Assembly (NCBI GenBank): GCA_964530955.1
Contig: CAZHCL010000001.1
Coordinates: forward strand, 4,630-68,629
Source of the DNA: Candidatus Woesearchaeota archaeon
Lineage (GTDB): Archaea > Nanobdellota > Nanobdellia > Pacearchaeales > GW2011-AR1
DNA: 64,000 bases
Reading direction: 5' to 3'
Below are positions 19,732 through 28,423 of this stretch, piece by piece (positions within the stretch are counted from its first letter, which is position 1; each line of letters starts with the position of its first letter). The notes under the pieces were generated by a model. It did no database searches and was not told where the DNA came from. It saw nothing but the letters and a program-made list of their open reading frames with translations. Made by a program: the position numbers and the translations under genes.

Positions 19732-20175
19732 TTATCCAATTTTCCTCTGAATGCTAATTATTAGTTCTCCAGTGTAATTACCTAGAGGATAACTGGTTGG
19801 TATTGCTAGAGTTAAACCTACATTAACTGACTGGTTTTTTACTATCGAATAATCTGGTTGGAAAATCAGAATACCTTTCAAATTATCACTAGGATAAACT
19901 GTTGCCCTGATTGGAAAAGAATATTTGTTATTTATAACTAAAAACCTCTTAAGTGTCTCCCCAGGTAAAACATTCCCAAAAGTAAGAGCAGTCCTATTCA
20001 AATCAAGACCAATCTTATCTGTTACTGCGAAGCTGACTTTGACTTTCTCTAAACTTAAAGGAATAGAAGATAAAAAATAAAAGACTAAATAGGCAATTAA
20101 AATTAGCCAAATAATTATCAATCCTATAATTATCCTATTATTTTCCTTTTGACTTTTTATTTTCTTTCCTACCAA
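19732..20175 (-). CDS. membrane-anchored small protein
   Basis: N-terminal TM; co-oriented with the surface-protein cluster. Confidence 0.4.
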   Translation of the reverse strand: MVGKKIKSQKENNRIIIGLIIIWLILIAYLVFYFLSSIPLSLEKVKVSFAVTDKIGLDLNRTALTFGNVLPGETLKRFLVINNKYSFPIRATVYPSDNLKGILIFQPDYSIVKNQSVNVGLTLAIPTSYPLGNYTGELIISIQRKIG

Positions 20176-21286
20176 TTTTTCTCCTTACTCTTATTAAGTA
20201 TGCTATTAATGTTATTACTGCTATGAGAGCAATTGCAATTGCTGCCACAAGCCCTATTAGTAAATAATTATATTCTCTTTTGAAATTAATATTTACATAT
20301 TTTTCAGTTGTTTTGTTGGCATAATCTATCTCTATTCTCGCTCTGAAATTATCTTCTTGAATGCTAGTAGTGTCAAAATATCCTGTAAGAGTTGATTGTT
20401 CAAATCCCTTCAAATCTACTGATGGGGTCTTAAAGGTTATAGGATAACCTAGAATAGAAACTGTTGCATATACATTTTCAATTGGATCATTCCACAGACT
20501 TTCTATCTTTACGTCAAATCTATTTATCTTGTTTTTAGTAAGATCATTTGAGTAATTTACTATTGAAATTGCTAGCTCGCCTATTCTGAAAGGTATCTCG
20601 GATTTCAACTGACTTTCCCCACCATAACTAAGAAGAGCCAAAGCAGTATATTTTCCAGGATTATAGGAAGAAGTGTTCAATGTAAATTCTTGTGATATTG
20701 AATCCTGTGAGACTATATTGTCAAAAGATGCGGGTATTTTTTCAATTGATGCTTTATTCTGGTCGTAAATATAAATGAAACCATCTACCGATATAATTTC
20801 TTTTCCGAGATTATGAATAATCATACTAAACTTAACTGGTTCGCCCCTGTTTACATTAGTTGATGAAAAATCGATGGTAGCATATTTTCCTGGGAAAGGA
20901 ACATCTACTTTTATGTCTCCTCTTATCTTTCCGACTAGAGAAACTCCAGACGCTCCATTTCCTTCTTGGCTTGCCGATATATATATGTCATGTCTTCCAG
21001 GTATTTCTATGCTCCGAGGAAGCTGGAGAAGAGCATTCACTCCGCCCGCATCTGCGCCGAGGGAAGTTGTGCTTAGAGTTACATACTTTGCCAGATCTCC
21101 TTCTGCGCTTATTTTAAGTTGATAATCATTATCCTGTAGAAAGTCAAAATGAAAAACTTGTTTTAGTCCGGGCTGAAAATCAACCTGATAAGAAGCAGGA
21201 CTAACCCCTATAAATGCATCTGCTCTTGCCAAAATAATTAATAGGAAAAATGCAAAAATAAACGCACCTTTTTTAATCAAGTTCAT
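20138..21286 (-). CDS. secreted protein with C-terminal TM anchor
   Basis: Signal peptide; C-terminal TM plus RVRRKIGRKENKKSKGK tail. Confidence 0.5.
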   Translation of the reverse strand: MNLIKKGAFIFAFFLLIILARADAFIGVSPASYQVDFQPGLKQVFHFDFLQDNDYQLKISAEGDLAKYVTLSTTSLGADAGGVNALLQLPRSIEIPGRHDIYISASQEGNGASGVSLVGKIRGDIKVDVPFPGKYATIDFSSTNVNRGEPVKFSMIIHNLGKEIISVDGFIYIYDQNKASIEKIPASFDNIVSQDSISQEFTLNTSSYNPGKYTALALLSYGGESQLKSEIPFRIGELAISIVNYSNDLTKNKINRFDVKIESLWNDPIENVYATVSILGYPITFKTPSVDLKGFEQSTLTGYFDTTSIQEDNFRARIEIDYANKTTEKYVNINFKREYNYLLIGLVAAIAIALIAVITLIAYLIRVRRKIGRKENKKSKGK

Positions 21287-21335
21287 AAACTACCTCATTC
21301 TTCATTATTTTTATACGTTTCTAATCATTAAACAA

Positions 21336-21971
21336 TTAAAGCCCTGTTCCTGTTGCAGTTATTGTATCTGAAAGATTTCCTGTGACTGAGTCAGAAGGAA
21401 CACCTAGTTTTATATCTATTCTTATCTGGTTCTTTGTGCTTACAAAACTGAAGTTCATGCAAATATTTGTTCCGGGAGAAGTTGAATTAAGGTCATACCA
21501 TTGTCCGAGATTGAATACGGTAGTGTTCTGACAACTTGAAGCCTTCGAGTTTGAAACGTTGTACTGGTAGGAGGGACCTCCGCCGGCTGTTCCTCCTATG
21601 AATTGACTAGAATTCTTCCCAGATGATAAAGTAAGATTCACGTCATCATTTCCTATATTTTGAAGAATGAATCCTTGGGTGATGTTATTCCAACTACCAT
21701 TAATTACTGCTGTTGCGAGAGGGGTCGCAGTGCTTAGGACTGCTATTGTTGCTCCGGGATTAACCGCTCCGCTTCCCCAGTTAATATTATTTGTTGTAAA
21801 ATTAATTGCGACCTGAGAAGTAACCGTAATATTGACTGTTCCAGTACTTGTTGCATATCCAGTTAATATTTGTTCCTTGAAATGCGCTAAAGAATAATAA
21901 GTTGCACTAAATGCTATTCCTGAAATTAAGAATGCTACTAAAGCCAAAACTAAAACGATTTTTTCATTCAT
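21336..21971 (-). CDS. secreted/N-anchored Thr/Ser/Asn-rich protein
   Basis: N-terminal hydrophobic segment; NxT/S sequons. Confidence 0.45.
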   Translation of the reverse strand: MNEKIVLVLALVAFLISGIAFSATYYSLAHFKEQILTGYATSTGTVNITVTSQVAINFTTNNINWGSGAVNPGATIAVLSTATPLATAVINGSWNNITQGFILQNIGNDDVNLTLSSGKNSSQFIGGTAGGGPSYQYNVSNSKASSCQNTTVFNLGQWYDLNSTSPGTNICMNFSFVSTKNQIRIDIKLGVPSDSVTGNLSDTITATGTGL

Positions 21972-22183
21972 GGGGTTAGGTTAACCTCTTCTTTGGGTTG
22001 GTAAGGTTGAACACCTATATAAACTCCTCCGGCAGGAAGCCCCGAGCCCGATTCATTTTTGTAAGAGGCAGAACTATTTGTGATTTTTAAGTGCGACCAA
22101 GAAAGACTTATTATAATTGCTCCGACAGCTAACATTATTGATAAAATTAAAAGAACTGCAGTTATCCTCTTTGTCGAATTCAT
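21968..22183 (-). CDS. small N-anchored protein
   Basis: MNSTKRITAVLLILSIMLAVGAIII hydrophobic N-terminus. Confidence 0.35.
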   Translation of the reverse strand: MNSTKRITAVLLILSIMLAVGAIIISLSWSHLKITNSSASYKNESGSGLPAGGVYIGVQPYQPKEEVNLTP

Positions 22184-22300
22184 GTTATTCTATTTCTCTG
22201 CATTTCTATTATTTAAATCTTTTCTAGCTCCTCTTAATTGAAAATAAGTAGCAAAAAATTAGACAATCATATGTAAATTCTCCTCGTAAGTGCGCTTTAA

Positions 22301-22314
22301 TAAAGATTTAAAAA
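22301..22314 (+). promoter_or_regulatory. putative archaeal BRE/TATA (aaagaTTTAAAAA) about 24-30 bp upstream of tRNA-Lys
   Basis: TTTAAAAA at 22307-22314; tRNA 5' end at 22338. Confidence 0.4.
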
Positions 22315-22337
22315 CGCATATATTCATTTAGCTACGA

Positions 22338-22412
22338 GGCCTCGTAGCTCAGCCCGGTTAGAGTACTGGACTTTTAATCCAGGTGTCGCGGGTTCAAATC
22401 CCGTCGGGGCCA
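22338..22412 (+). tRNA. tRNA-Lys (anticodon UUU)
   Basis: Manual cloverleaf: acceptor GGCCTCG/CGGGGCC, D-stem GCTC/GAGT, anticodon stem CTGGA/TCCAG with loop CTTTTAA, T-arm GCGGG-TTCAAAT-CCCGT, discriminator A. Confidence 0.9.
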
Positions 22413-22454
22413 CTTTCTCTTTTAGATTATCCTCGATAGAAAAGATTTATAAAT

Positions 22455-22483
22455 ATAGGATATGAGTATAGGATATGAGTATA
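22455..22483 (+). repeat. 13-bp direct tandem repeat (ataggatatgagt x2.2) upstream of the pilin gene
   Basis: Exact duplication at 22455-22467 and 22468-22480; followed by a strong GGAGG ribosome-binding site. Confidence 0.8.
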
Positions 22484-22518
22484 AGCATAATTGCTTAAAC
22501 AACTAAAAGGAGGTTAAA

Positions 22519-22962
22519 ATGTATAATAAAAAGGCCATAAGTGATGTTATATCTACAGTTCTTATTATTCTGCTTGTCGTAGCTGCAATTGCAATAATTG
22601 GTGCTATCGTACTAAACACAGTCAATAAGGGAGCTACAGGAGTAAACAGCGCAGTATCGTGCCAGTCTTTGGATATCAAACCTACGAGATGCTCACTAGC
22701 AGGAGTTGCTTCAACATTTGCTGTTGCTCAAAGAGGAGCAAGCGGTTCTGATATACAAGTAAATTCAGTAACATTCTTATTCACTAAGAGTGATGGAACA
22801 ACTACTCAATTGAGTACTAGTTCATCAATTAATGCGGTAGGGAGCACAGTTACTGGAAACCAGTCTGGAGCTTTCACAAGCGTAGCTACTTTTGAGAATG
22901 TAACATTGTCAGATGGAAGTAATACTGTCTGTCCGGCATCTACACCAGTAAGCTGCTCTTAA
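22519..22962 (+). CDS. archaeal type IV pilin-like protein (class III signal peptide)
   Basis: MYNKKAISDVISTVLIILLVVAAIAIIGA: K-K-A-I-S followed by a hydrophobic helix, the classic prepilin-peptidase substrate; 147 aa. Confidence 0.65.
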   Translation: MYNKKAISDVISTVLIILLVVAAIAIIGAIVLNTVNKGATGVNSAVSCQSLDIKPTRCSLAGVASTFAVAQRGASGSDIQVNSVTFLFTKSDGTTTQLSTSSSINAVGSTVTGNQSGAFTSVATFENVTLSDGSNTVCPASTPVSCS

Positions 22963-23011
22963 TTAAATTTATTTTTTATTTTAATTCTATTTATTTTTAT
23001 AGAATCTTTTT

Positions 23012-23449
23012 TTATCTTAATTTTTTTGCAAGCCAATTAGTTAGTAAGAACTCTCTTCTGTAGAAAATATCTCTTTGTATCAAGTATATCAGGTCAAGGA
23101 AAGAATGGAAAACCATTCCAATAAAAACATAAATGAAAGGATCCCAGATTAATCCCAAGAGAAAAGTCAGAAGCAAAAATTCTATAGTGTGGAAAATATG
23201 AAAGTCTCCTCTTTTTCTTATTCCTTTTTCTCTTTCAATTAGTGCTATCTTTCCCTGCTGAATATGGTAGTCGAATGCCTTCTTTAAACTTAAAGAATGA
23301 TTCTTCATTACTGGTTCTAGGTAATGGTCAAAATCGATAAGAAAAGAAGACAAGAAAATTAGAATTGTTCCGTATATGGGAATTTTAAATGCCAGAAAAA
23401 CAATTAGGGAAAAAATAGCTCCTAGAATAATATGTGTTTTTGGAAGCAT
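23012..23449 (-). CDS. membrane protein, YdjM/DUF457-like (putative metal-dependent hydrolase)
   Basis: Hydrophobic helices with a DFDHY motif. Confidence 0.4.
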   Translation of the reverse strand: MLPKTHIILGAIFSLIVFLAFKIPIYGTILIFLSSFLIDFDHYLEPVMKNHSLSLKKAFDYHIQQGKIALIEREKGIRKRGDFHIFHTIEFLLLTFLLGLIWDPFIYVFIGMVFHSFLDLIYLIQRDIFYRREFLLTNWLAKKLR

Positions 23450-23451
23450 TG

Positions 23452-24978
23452 CTAATGATTCTCAAGTTTTCTTATCATTTCTGCGAATGCAGGTCTAGAG
23501 ATGAATACTCCTGCAGTTATCCCTATTATGGTAGTAACTGCAAATCCTTTGAGAAGACCTGCGCCTGCCCAATAGAGAGGAAGAAGAGAAGCAACTGCTG
23601 TCGCGTAGGATGCGAGGATTATGAAGATGGCTCTCTTAATTCTTTCACTTAAACTTGATTGTGAACCTCTTTTTGCTTCATCCAAGATTACTATCTGACT
23701 ATCAACTCCCGTGCCTATTGTTGCGAGTATTCCTGCTATAGAAGGCAAATCAAGATTCCATTTAATAAGAGCAGCTACTCCGAGAATTATAATTAGTTCA
23801 GAGAAAGAAGTGAAAAGCAATGCAAGAGAAGCCTTGACTTTTCTATACCTAATAAAGATTATTATGCTGACCGCAAGAAGTGATGCTATGCCTGCTAAAA
23901 TTAAAAGCCAAGTGAAACTGTTTCCCAGATTAGGCGAAATGGTGTCGAGCTTTACTATATTTAACTTATATGGCAAACTACCAGTTATAAGAATAGTCTG
24001 AAGTCTCTTCATGTTATCTAAAGCGTTGGACATCGCTTCATCCTGGGTGTTTCCTGTTCCCGGTCCTTGGATTGATATTTGGGTTGCTGCCTGTCCCTTC
24101 AAATCGGCGCCTATTGAAAGAGAATCAACTAATTTGCTGTCTACGTAAAGATCTAACTTCTGAGATAAATATTGAGGTGCGGAAGGGTCAATTGAAACGT
24201 TGCTCGTTATATCTGCCTGCCTTTGCGCGGCCTGTGCTGTTAAATATACTGTAAATCTAAACTCACAAAGGTATCCTCCTTGTTGTGCGGGATCACATGA
24301 AACTACTCCTGAGCAAGAGGCATCATTTCTGCATACATCGCTTATATCCTTTTTTCCTCCTTCAAATATAGTTGAATTTCCTATTTTTGCTTCAAACTTT
24401 CCCTGCTGAGATATTAAATCCTGTAAATCATTAGGAGTTGCTCCTGCAACTTCGACAAGCATATACTTATTTCCTGATAAATCACTGACACCACTTATCT
24501 GAACATCCGACAGACCGAAAACATTAAACCTATTTGTACTAACCTGAATTAAATCATCCAGTTGTTTGTCAGTAATAACTGTATCTGGTTGAACTAGTGC
24601 TCTTGCTCCTCCTCTTAAATCTAATCCTGTTTGAATTCTAGACTTAGGTATATCTTCAATCGTGATATTCGGAACCTGACTAGATAACAGAACGTAATCA
24701 TTCTTGTCCGTCTTTATATCTATGCGCTTTGATTCATTACTACCCGTTGTAAAAATAGAGCTTATGATATTAGAATAATCCTGAGCATTATTTATTGTCT
24801 GACTATTTATAGAACTTATAATTTCTCCTGAACGCATACCTTGATTAAAAGCAGATGAATTAGGCTCGACTGACTTTACAACAACTCCTTTTCCAAAGAA
24901 GTTAGGACCTATGGCTAATATGGATAATATCAGCACGATAATCAAAAGCCAGATTTTCCATCCCCAATTAAATTTCAT
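23452..24978 (-). CDS. secD: protein-export membrane protein SecD
   Basis: GLDLRGGARALVQ motif, C-terminal 6-TM SecD/F domain. Start chosen at MKFNWGW (24978), forming an ATGA overlap with the secF stop. Confidence 0.85.
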   Translation of the reverse strand: MKFNWGWKIWLLIIVLILSILAIGPNFFGKGVVVKSVEPNSSAFNQGMRSGEIISSINSQTINNAQDYSNIISSIFTTGSNESKRIDIKTDKNDYVLLSSQVPNITIEDIPKSRIQTGLDLRGGARALVQPDTVITDKQLDDLIQVSTNRFNVFGLSDVQISGVSDLSGNKYMLVEVAGATPNDLQDLISQQGKFEAKIGNSTIFEGGKKDISDVCRNDASCSGVVSCDPAQQGGYLCEFRFTVYLTAQAAQRQADITSNVSIDPSAPQYLSQKLDLYVDSKLVDSLSIGADLKGQAATQISIQGPGTGNTQDEAMSNALDNMKRLQTILITGSLPYKLNIVKLDTISPNLGNSFTWLLILAGIASLLAVSIIIFIRYRKVKASLALLFTSFSELIIILGVAALIKWNLDLPSIAGILATIGTGVDSQIVILDEAKRGSQSSLSERIKRAIFIILASYATAVASLLPLYWAGAGLLKGFAVTTIIGITAGVFISRPAFAEMIRKLENH

Positions 24979-26153
24979 GTTATGTGCTTGACCTCCATGT
25001 ACCACTTTAGCATTGAAGCATTTGATATCCATGTGTTTAGGATATCAAAGAATAAACCTATAAGAATAATTCCAAATATCTGTCTTAGAGTATCTGAAAA
25101 ACCATAAATTACTGTAAATGAAACTGCTACTGCTGCTATGGCAGTAAGAGTCATTGTAATTCCTGTTTTAAATGCCCCAAAAATTCTGTGATTTACATTG
25201 CCATCTTTACTTTTAAGTAAACGGGTAGTTAACAAAATGTCTGTATCAACAGAATATCCTATAAGCATAAGGAATGCAACTATTCCTGCTGTTGACAACT
25301 GCATCTTGAGAATATCAGCCACAACAACAGTCATAATTATGTCTGCAAATGCGGAGAGAATTACTGCAAAGCTAGGTATTGAATAAAATACATATATGAA
25401 AATCAATGCAGCTGCAATTGGTATCAGAATTATTGGATTTGGATAAATGAAGAAGAGTAGCACTGATACTACAAAAATTGAAAATGAAATTAGGTAATCA
25501 TTTCTGACTTTATTTTTAGAAGTAAGACAAATTATTAAACCGCAAAACATCGCAAGCAGAGAAAGCATATTTATTGCAGGTATAGCTGGGAGCAATATGC
25601 TTAGACCTAAAAAAGAAAGTATAGTTGCGATTCCTTTCATTTTTCTTGACTCTGCGAAAATAATAAAGACAACCCAACCCATAAGCAAAAAAGCTGCGAA
25701 AACGGCGTTTTTCAGCTGTGAATAAAATCCGCTTGAAAGATTGCTCCCTGAAAACTCAACAGATGAATTATCGCTCGTCAGATTATAGCCAATAACCTTT
25801 TCTATTGCTGCCTTTGCAGTATTTGCATCTGCCTTCGTTTCTACAAAGAAACCTACCTGCTTCTGAGTTCTGAAATCTGATATGGACCTTACGATGACAT
25901 CAGGGAATTGAGTTTTGAGTTCTGTTTGAAGAGAAGCTATATTTACGTGAGAGTCAGATATGGTTATAGTTGTTCCTCCTGTGAGAGAAACGTCTTTGTA
26001 AATAATGTCTTGATTAGTACTATAAAAATTAAACAAATAGACTAAAGAGAATAGTATTAAGATTGCAGGAATTAAAAGAAGCCACTTGTAATGTCTATCG
26101 TACCATCCTCTTACATGTGTGGATTGTTCAGTCTGATGTTGCTGGTTTTCCAT
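24975..26153 (-). CDS. secF: protein-export membrane protein SecF
   Basis: SLTGGTTITI (SecF tGGt motif) and C-terminal TM bundle; archaeal secF-secD order. Confidence 0.85.
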   Translation of the reverse strand: MENQQHQTEQSTHVRGWYDRHYKWLLLIPAILILFSLVYLFNFYSTNQDIIYKDVSLTGGTTITISDSHVNIASLQTELKTQFPDVIVRSISDFRTQKQVGFFVETKADANTAKAAIEKVIGYNLTSDNSSVEFSGSNLSSGFYSQLKNAVFAAFLLMGWVVFIIFAESRKMKGIATILSFLGLSILLPAIPAINMLSLLAMFCGLIICLTSKNKVRNDYLISFSIFVVSVLLFFIYPNPIILIPIAAALIFIYVFYSIPSFAVILSAFADIIMTVVVADILKMQLSTAGIVAFLMLIGYSVDTDILLTTRLLKSKDGNVNHRIFGAFKTGITMTLTAIAAVAVSFTVIYGFSDTLRQIFGIILIGLFFDILNTWISNASMLKWYMEVKHIT

Positions 26154-26205
26154 TATAAATAAATATATTTAAGGCGCTTTTAAACCTAATCTTTAATTGC
26201 CTTGA

Positions 26206-26306
26206 TGCGCGATACGAGAATCGAACTCGTGTATATTGGTTTTTTCCTCTCAGAATTAACTGAGGTGCGATGGAAACCAATCATTCTGCCATTAAATTAA
26301 TCGCGC
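26206..26306 (-). tRNA. tRNA-Gly (anticodon UCC) with a roughly 30-nt intron at the canonical 37/38 position
   Basis: Manual fold on the minus strand: acceptor GCGCGAT/ATCGCGC, D-stem ATTT/GAAT, anticodon stem ATTGG/CCAAT, loop TTTCCA|intron|A, T-arm ACGAG-TTCGATT-CTCGT. Central TTTCC/GGAAA helix plus AAA bulge is consistent with a relaxed bulge-helix-bulge. 101 nt in total. Confidence 0.6.
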
Positions 26307-26362
26307 TTGAATTTATGATTAAAATAGAGGTTTTAAAGGTTTTTATTCTTTATACTTATTAA

Positions 26363-26743
26363 TTATCCTGTTTGATTATATCTTCCAGACCTATAGCCCA
26401 TCATTCCGCTAAAATTCATTATTTCTCTACATATACTCTGATTACTTAAATTCCTGCAGTAATAAAAACAATAACCTCTGTTTTGGGAGCAATAACTTGT
26501 TATTTTGTCTGGACTTGGATTTGAATCAAAGAAAGAATTTATCTCATTAATCTGTTGCGAGCTTAGTTGGAAAGCAGTTCTATCTCCCCTCATCATTCCC
26601 ATGAAATAATTATTAGAATTGCCAGAATAATTATTTTTATTGAATGCTCCTGAAAAATAGAGGTATCCTGCAACTATAGCAATTACTAAAAAAATAGAAA
26701 CCACTATAATCATCGTTATTTTTCCTTTCTTCATAAACATCAA
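26363..26743 (-). CDS. small secreted Asn/Tyr/Gly-rich protein
   Basis: Signal peptide, then low-complexity sequence. Confidence 0.4.
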   Translation of the reverse strand: MMFMKKGKITMIIVVSIFLVIAIVAGYLYFSGAFNKNNYSGNSNNYFMGMMRGDRTAFQLSSQQINEINSFFDSNPSPDKITSYCSQNRGYCFYYCRNLSNQSICREIMNFSGMMGYRSGRYNQTG

Positions 26744-26800
26744 TAAAAAATTTGACTTTTAAACCTAATGCAATTTGCGTCCATATCTAGAAAGGTATAA

Positions 26801-26877
26801 CGCTCCCGGCAGGATTTGAACCTGCGACCCCTGCCTTAGGAGGGCAGTGCTCTAAATCCAGGCTGAGCTACGGAAGC
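26801..26877 (-). tRNA. tRNA-Arg (anticodon CCU)
   Basis: Acceptor GCTTCCG/CGGGAGC, anticodon stem CTGCC/GGCAG with loop CTCCTAA, T-arm GCAGG-TTCAAAT-CCTGC, discriminator G. Confidence 0.85.
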
Positions 26878-26926
26878 ATAACAATAAAGAACTTGTATCG
26901 TTTTAAAAAGTATCTATCTAAATAAG

Positions 26927-27742
26927 TTAATTGAAAAGAGAATAATTTACCCAGTCAGCCTTTTGTCTTAATGGCTCTATCCTATCATAGAGAGAAGAAG
27001 GAAGAAGTTGCTTCAATCTTTCCGTACCATCAATGATTTCTTTTTCCTCTTTTACTCTGGCAAATCTTAGTGCAACTATTCCTTGTAGAGTCCTATCTAA
27101 AAAGTCGGGCTCTGCAACTTTTGCATATCCTTCTCCAAAGCTGCAAAAATCAGAACGCAACAAAGCATAGGCAACTAAAAAGTCGCTTCTTACTTTATCT
27201 TGTCTGAACATTCCATTTGCCAACATATTTTCATTTTGAAATTCAGAAAATAAAGTATGTTTTTTCCAAAGATATTCTTGGTCATGCAATCCAGGCCAAT
27301 ATAGTTCTCTAACAATGGAAATGTCAGATAATAATAAGGGTTCACGTATTCCTGTTGTATGCCCTATGCTAGTTGACCCGTTAACTTCTGCATAATTTCT
27401 TAAATCCAAAATCTTTAATAATTCTCCAAGAGCCTTATTTCTTCTTTCTCTATCCAAAAAAGGATAAACTGCGCCAATGGAATTATACAATGCCCAAGGA
27501 ACTGTTTCAGCAGGACCTCCTGCGGTGGCTTCTATAAATGCCCTAGTTTTTCCGTCTTCTTCACTATGATATGCATCGTCTAACGCATTATTGTAAGTTG
27601 CTACTATCTGAGAAATAGCTTTATCAGGATCATCTTGAATAAGCCTCGCTAAGGGTTCTACATGAATTGCAGCTGCTGCTTCATGAGCCGCAAATGCTCC
27701 TCTAATGCCTGCCATTATTCTTTTTAAATCATTTTCGTTCAT
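26927..27742 (-). CDS. hypothetical protein (271 aa), Ala-rich with atypical higher-GC codon usage
   Basis: Long ORF, clearly less AT-rich than its neighbours; no family recognised by eye. Confidence 0.5.
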   Translation of the reverse strand: MNENDLKRIMAGIRGAFAAHEAAAAIHVEPLARLIQDDPDKAISQIVATYNNALDDAYHSEEDGKTRAFIEATAGGPAETVPWALYNSIGAVYPFLDRERRNKALGELLKILDLRNYAEVNGSTSIGHTTGIREPLLLSDISIVRELYWPGLHDQEYLWKKHTLFSEFQNENMLANGMFRQDKVRSDFLVAYALLRSDFCSFGEGYAKVAEPDFLDRTLQGIVALRFARVKEEKEIIDGTERLKQLLPSSLYDRIEPLRQKADWVNYSLFN

Positions 27743-27874
27743 TGAAATATCAAAGAAAGAGTCTTTTTAACATTAATCTGCAATATTCATCTAAATTAGT
27801 AGTGACTTTACTGCAATAAAGACTAGCAAATCTATCACGACAAAGCTTAAATATTATTTGCCCTTATTTTAATA

Positions 27875-28423
27875 ATGAGAAAAAATATTTATCTTGCTGT
27901 TTTTGCTGTTTTCTTTCTGGCACTGACTCTTGGACTTGCTTCTGCAGCTGACAGCTATTCAAGTTATTGGAATGGCAATAGTTATTCAGGTGGCTCTTTT
28001 GGAATAAATTATCCAAGTTACACTTATACACCCACAGTAAACAGTCAAGCTTCTGATATGATCCAGCAGTCAAGCTATTCAAATGCAAATTATAATGGAC
28101 CTTTAATAGAAAAAGTCTTCACTTACGACTCTTCTCTTGATGTAATTAATAGAGATAGATTCAAACAAACTCTTTCAGTGAAAATGAATGAGTATTATTC
28201 TGGTGGTTCATCTTATTCTAACTCTGGAAGCAACAGCAACGAGCAGCACACTAATAATTATAATTCATATTCTCCAAACCCTAATTCATATAATGGTGGA
28301 TCTTACTGGGGAAAGGCTCCAGATTATGACTCATCTAATTATAGAAGTAGTTCCTATTCCAACCCTTACTATTACTCTCCAAGATATGACTCTAGTTCTG
28401 GATATTACAACTGGAGATATTAA
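27875..28423 (+). CDS. secreted Ser/Tyr/Asn-rich low-complexity protein
   Basis: Signal peptide, then S/Y/N repeats (SYSNSGSNSNEQ..., YYYSPRYDSSSGYYNWRY). Confidence 0.5.
   Translation: MRKNIYLAVFAVFFLALTLGLASAADSYSSYWNGNSYSGGSFGINYPSYTYTPTVNSQASDMIQQSSYSNANYNGPLIEKVFTYDSSLDVINRDRFKQTLSVKMNEYYSGGSSYSNSGSNSNEQHTNNYNSYSPNPNSYNGGSYWGKAPDYDSSNYRSSSYSNPYYYSPRYDSSSGYYNWRY

Noticed and set aside
22455-22483. Possible CRISPR repeat
   Set aside because: Only two to three copies of a 13-bp unit with no spacers, so far too short. No CRISPR array or cas genes were seen anywhere in the window.
23711-24409. Several 60-96-aa plus-strand ORFs inside secD
   Set aside because: They are antisense to a well-supported secD reading frame.
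26206-26306. Alternative isotype (Trp-CCA or Ile-AAU) for the intron-containing tRNA
   Set aside because: Those registers give a mispaired D-stem and a pyrimidine at position 37. Only the Gly-UCC fold satisfies U33, purine-37 and all four stems.
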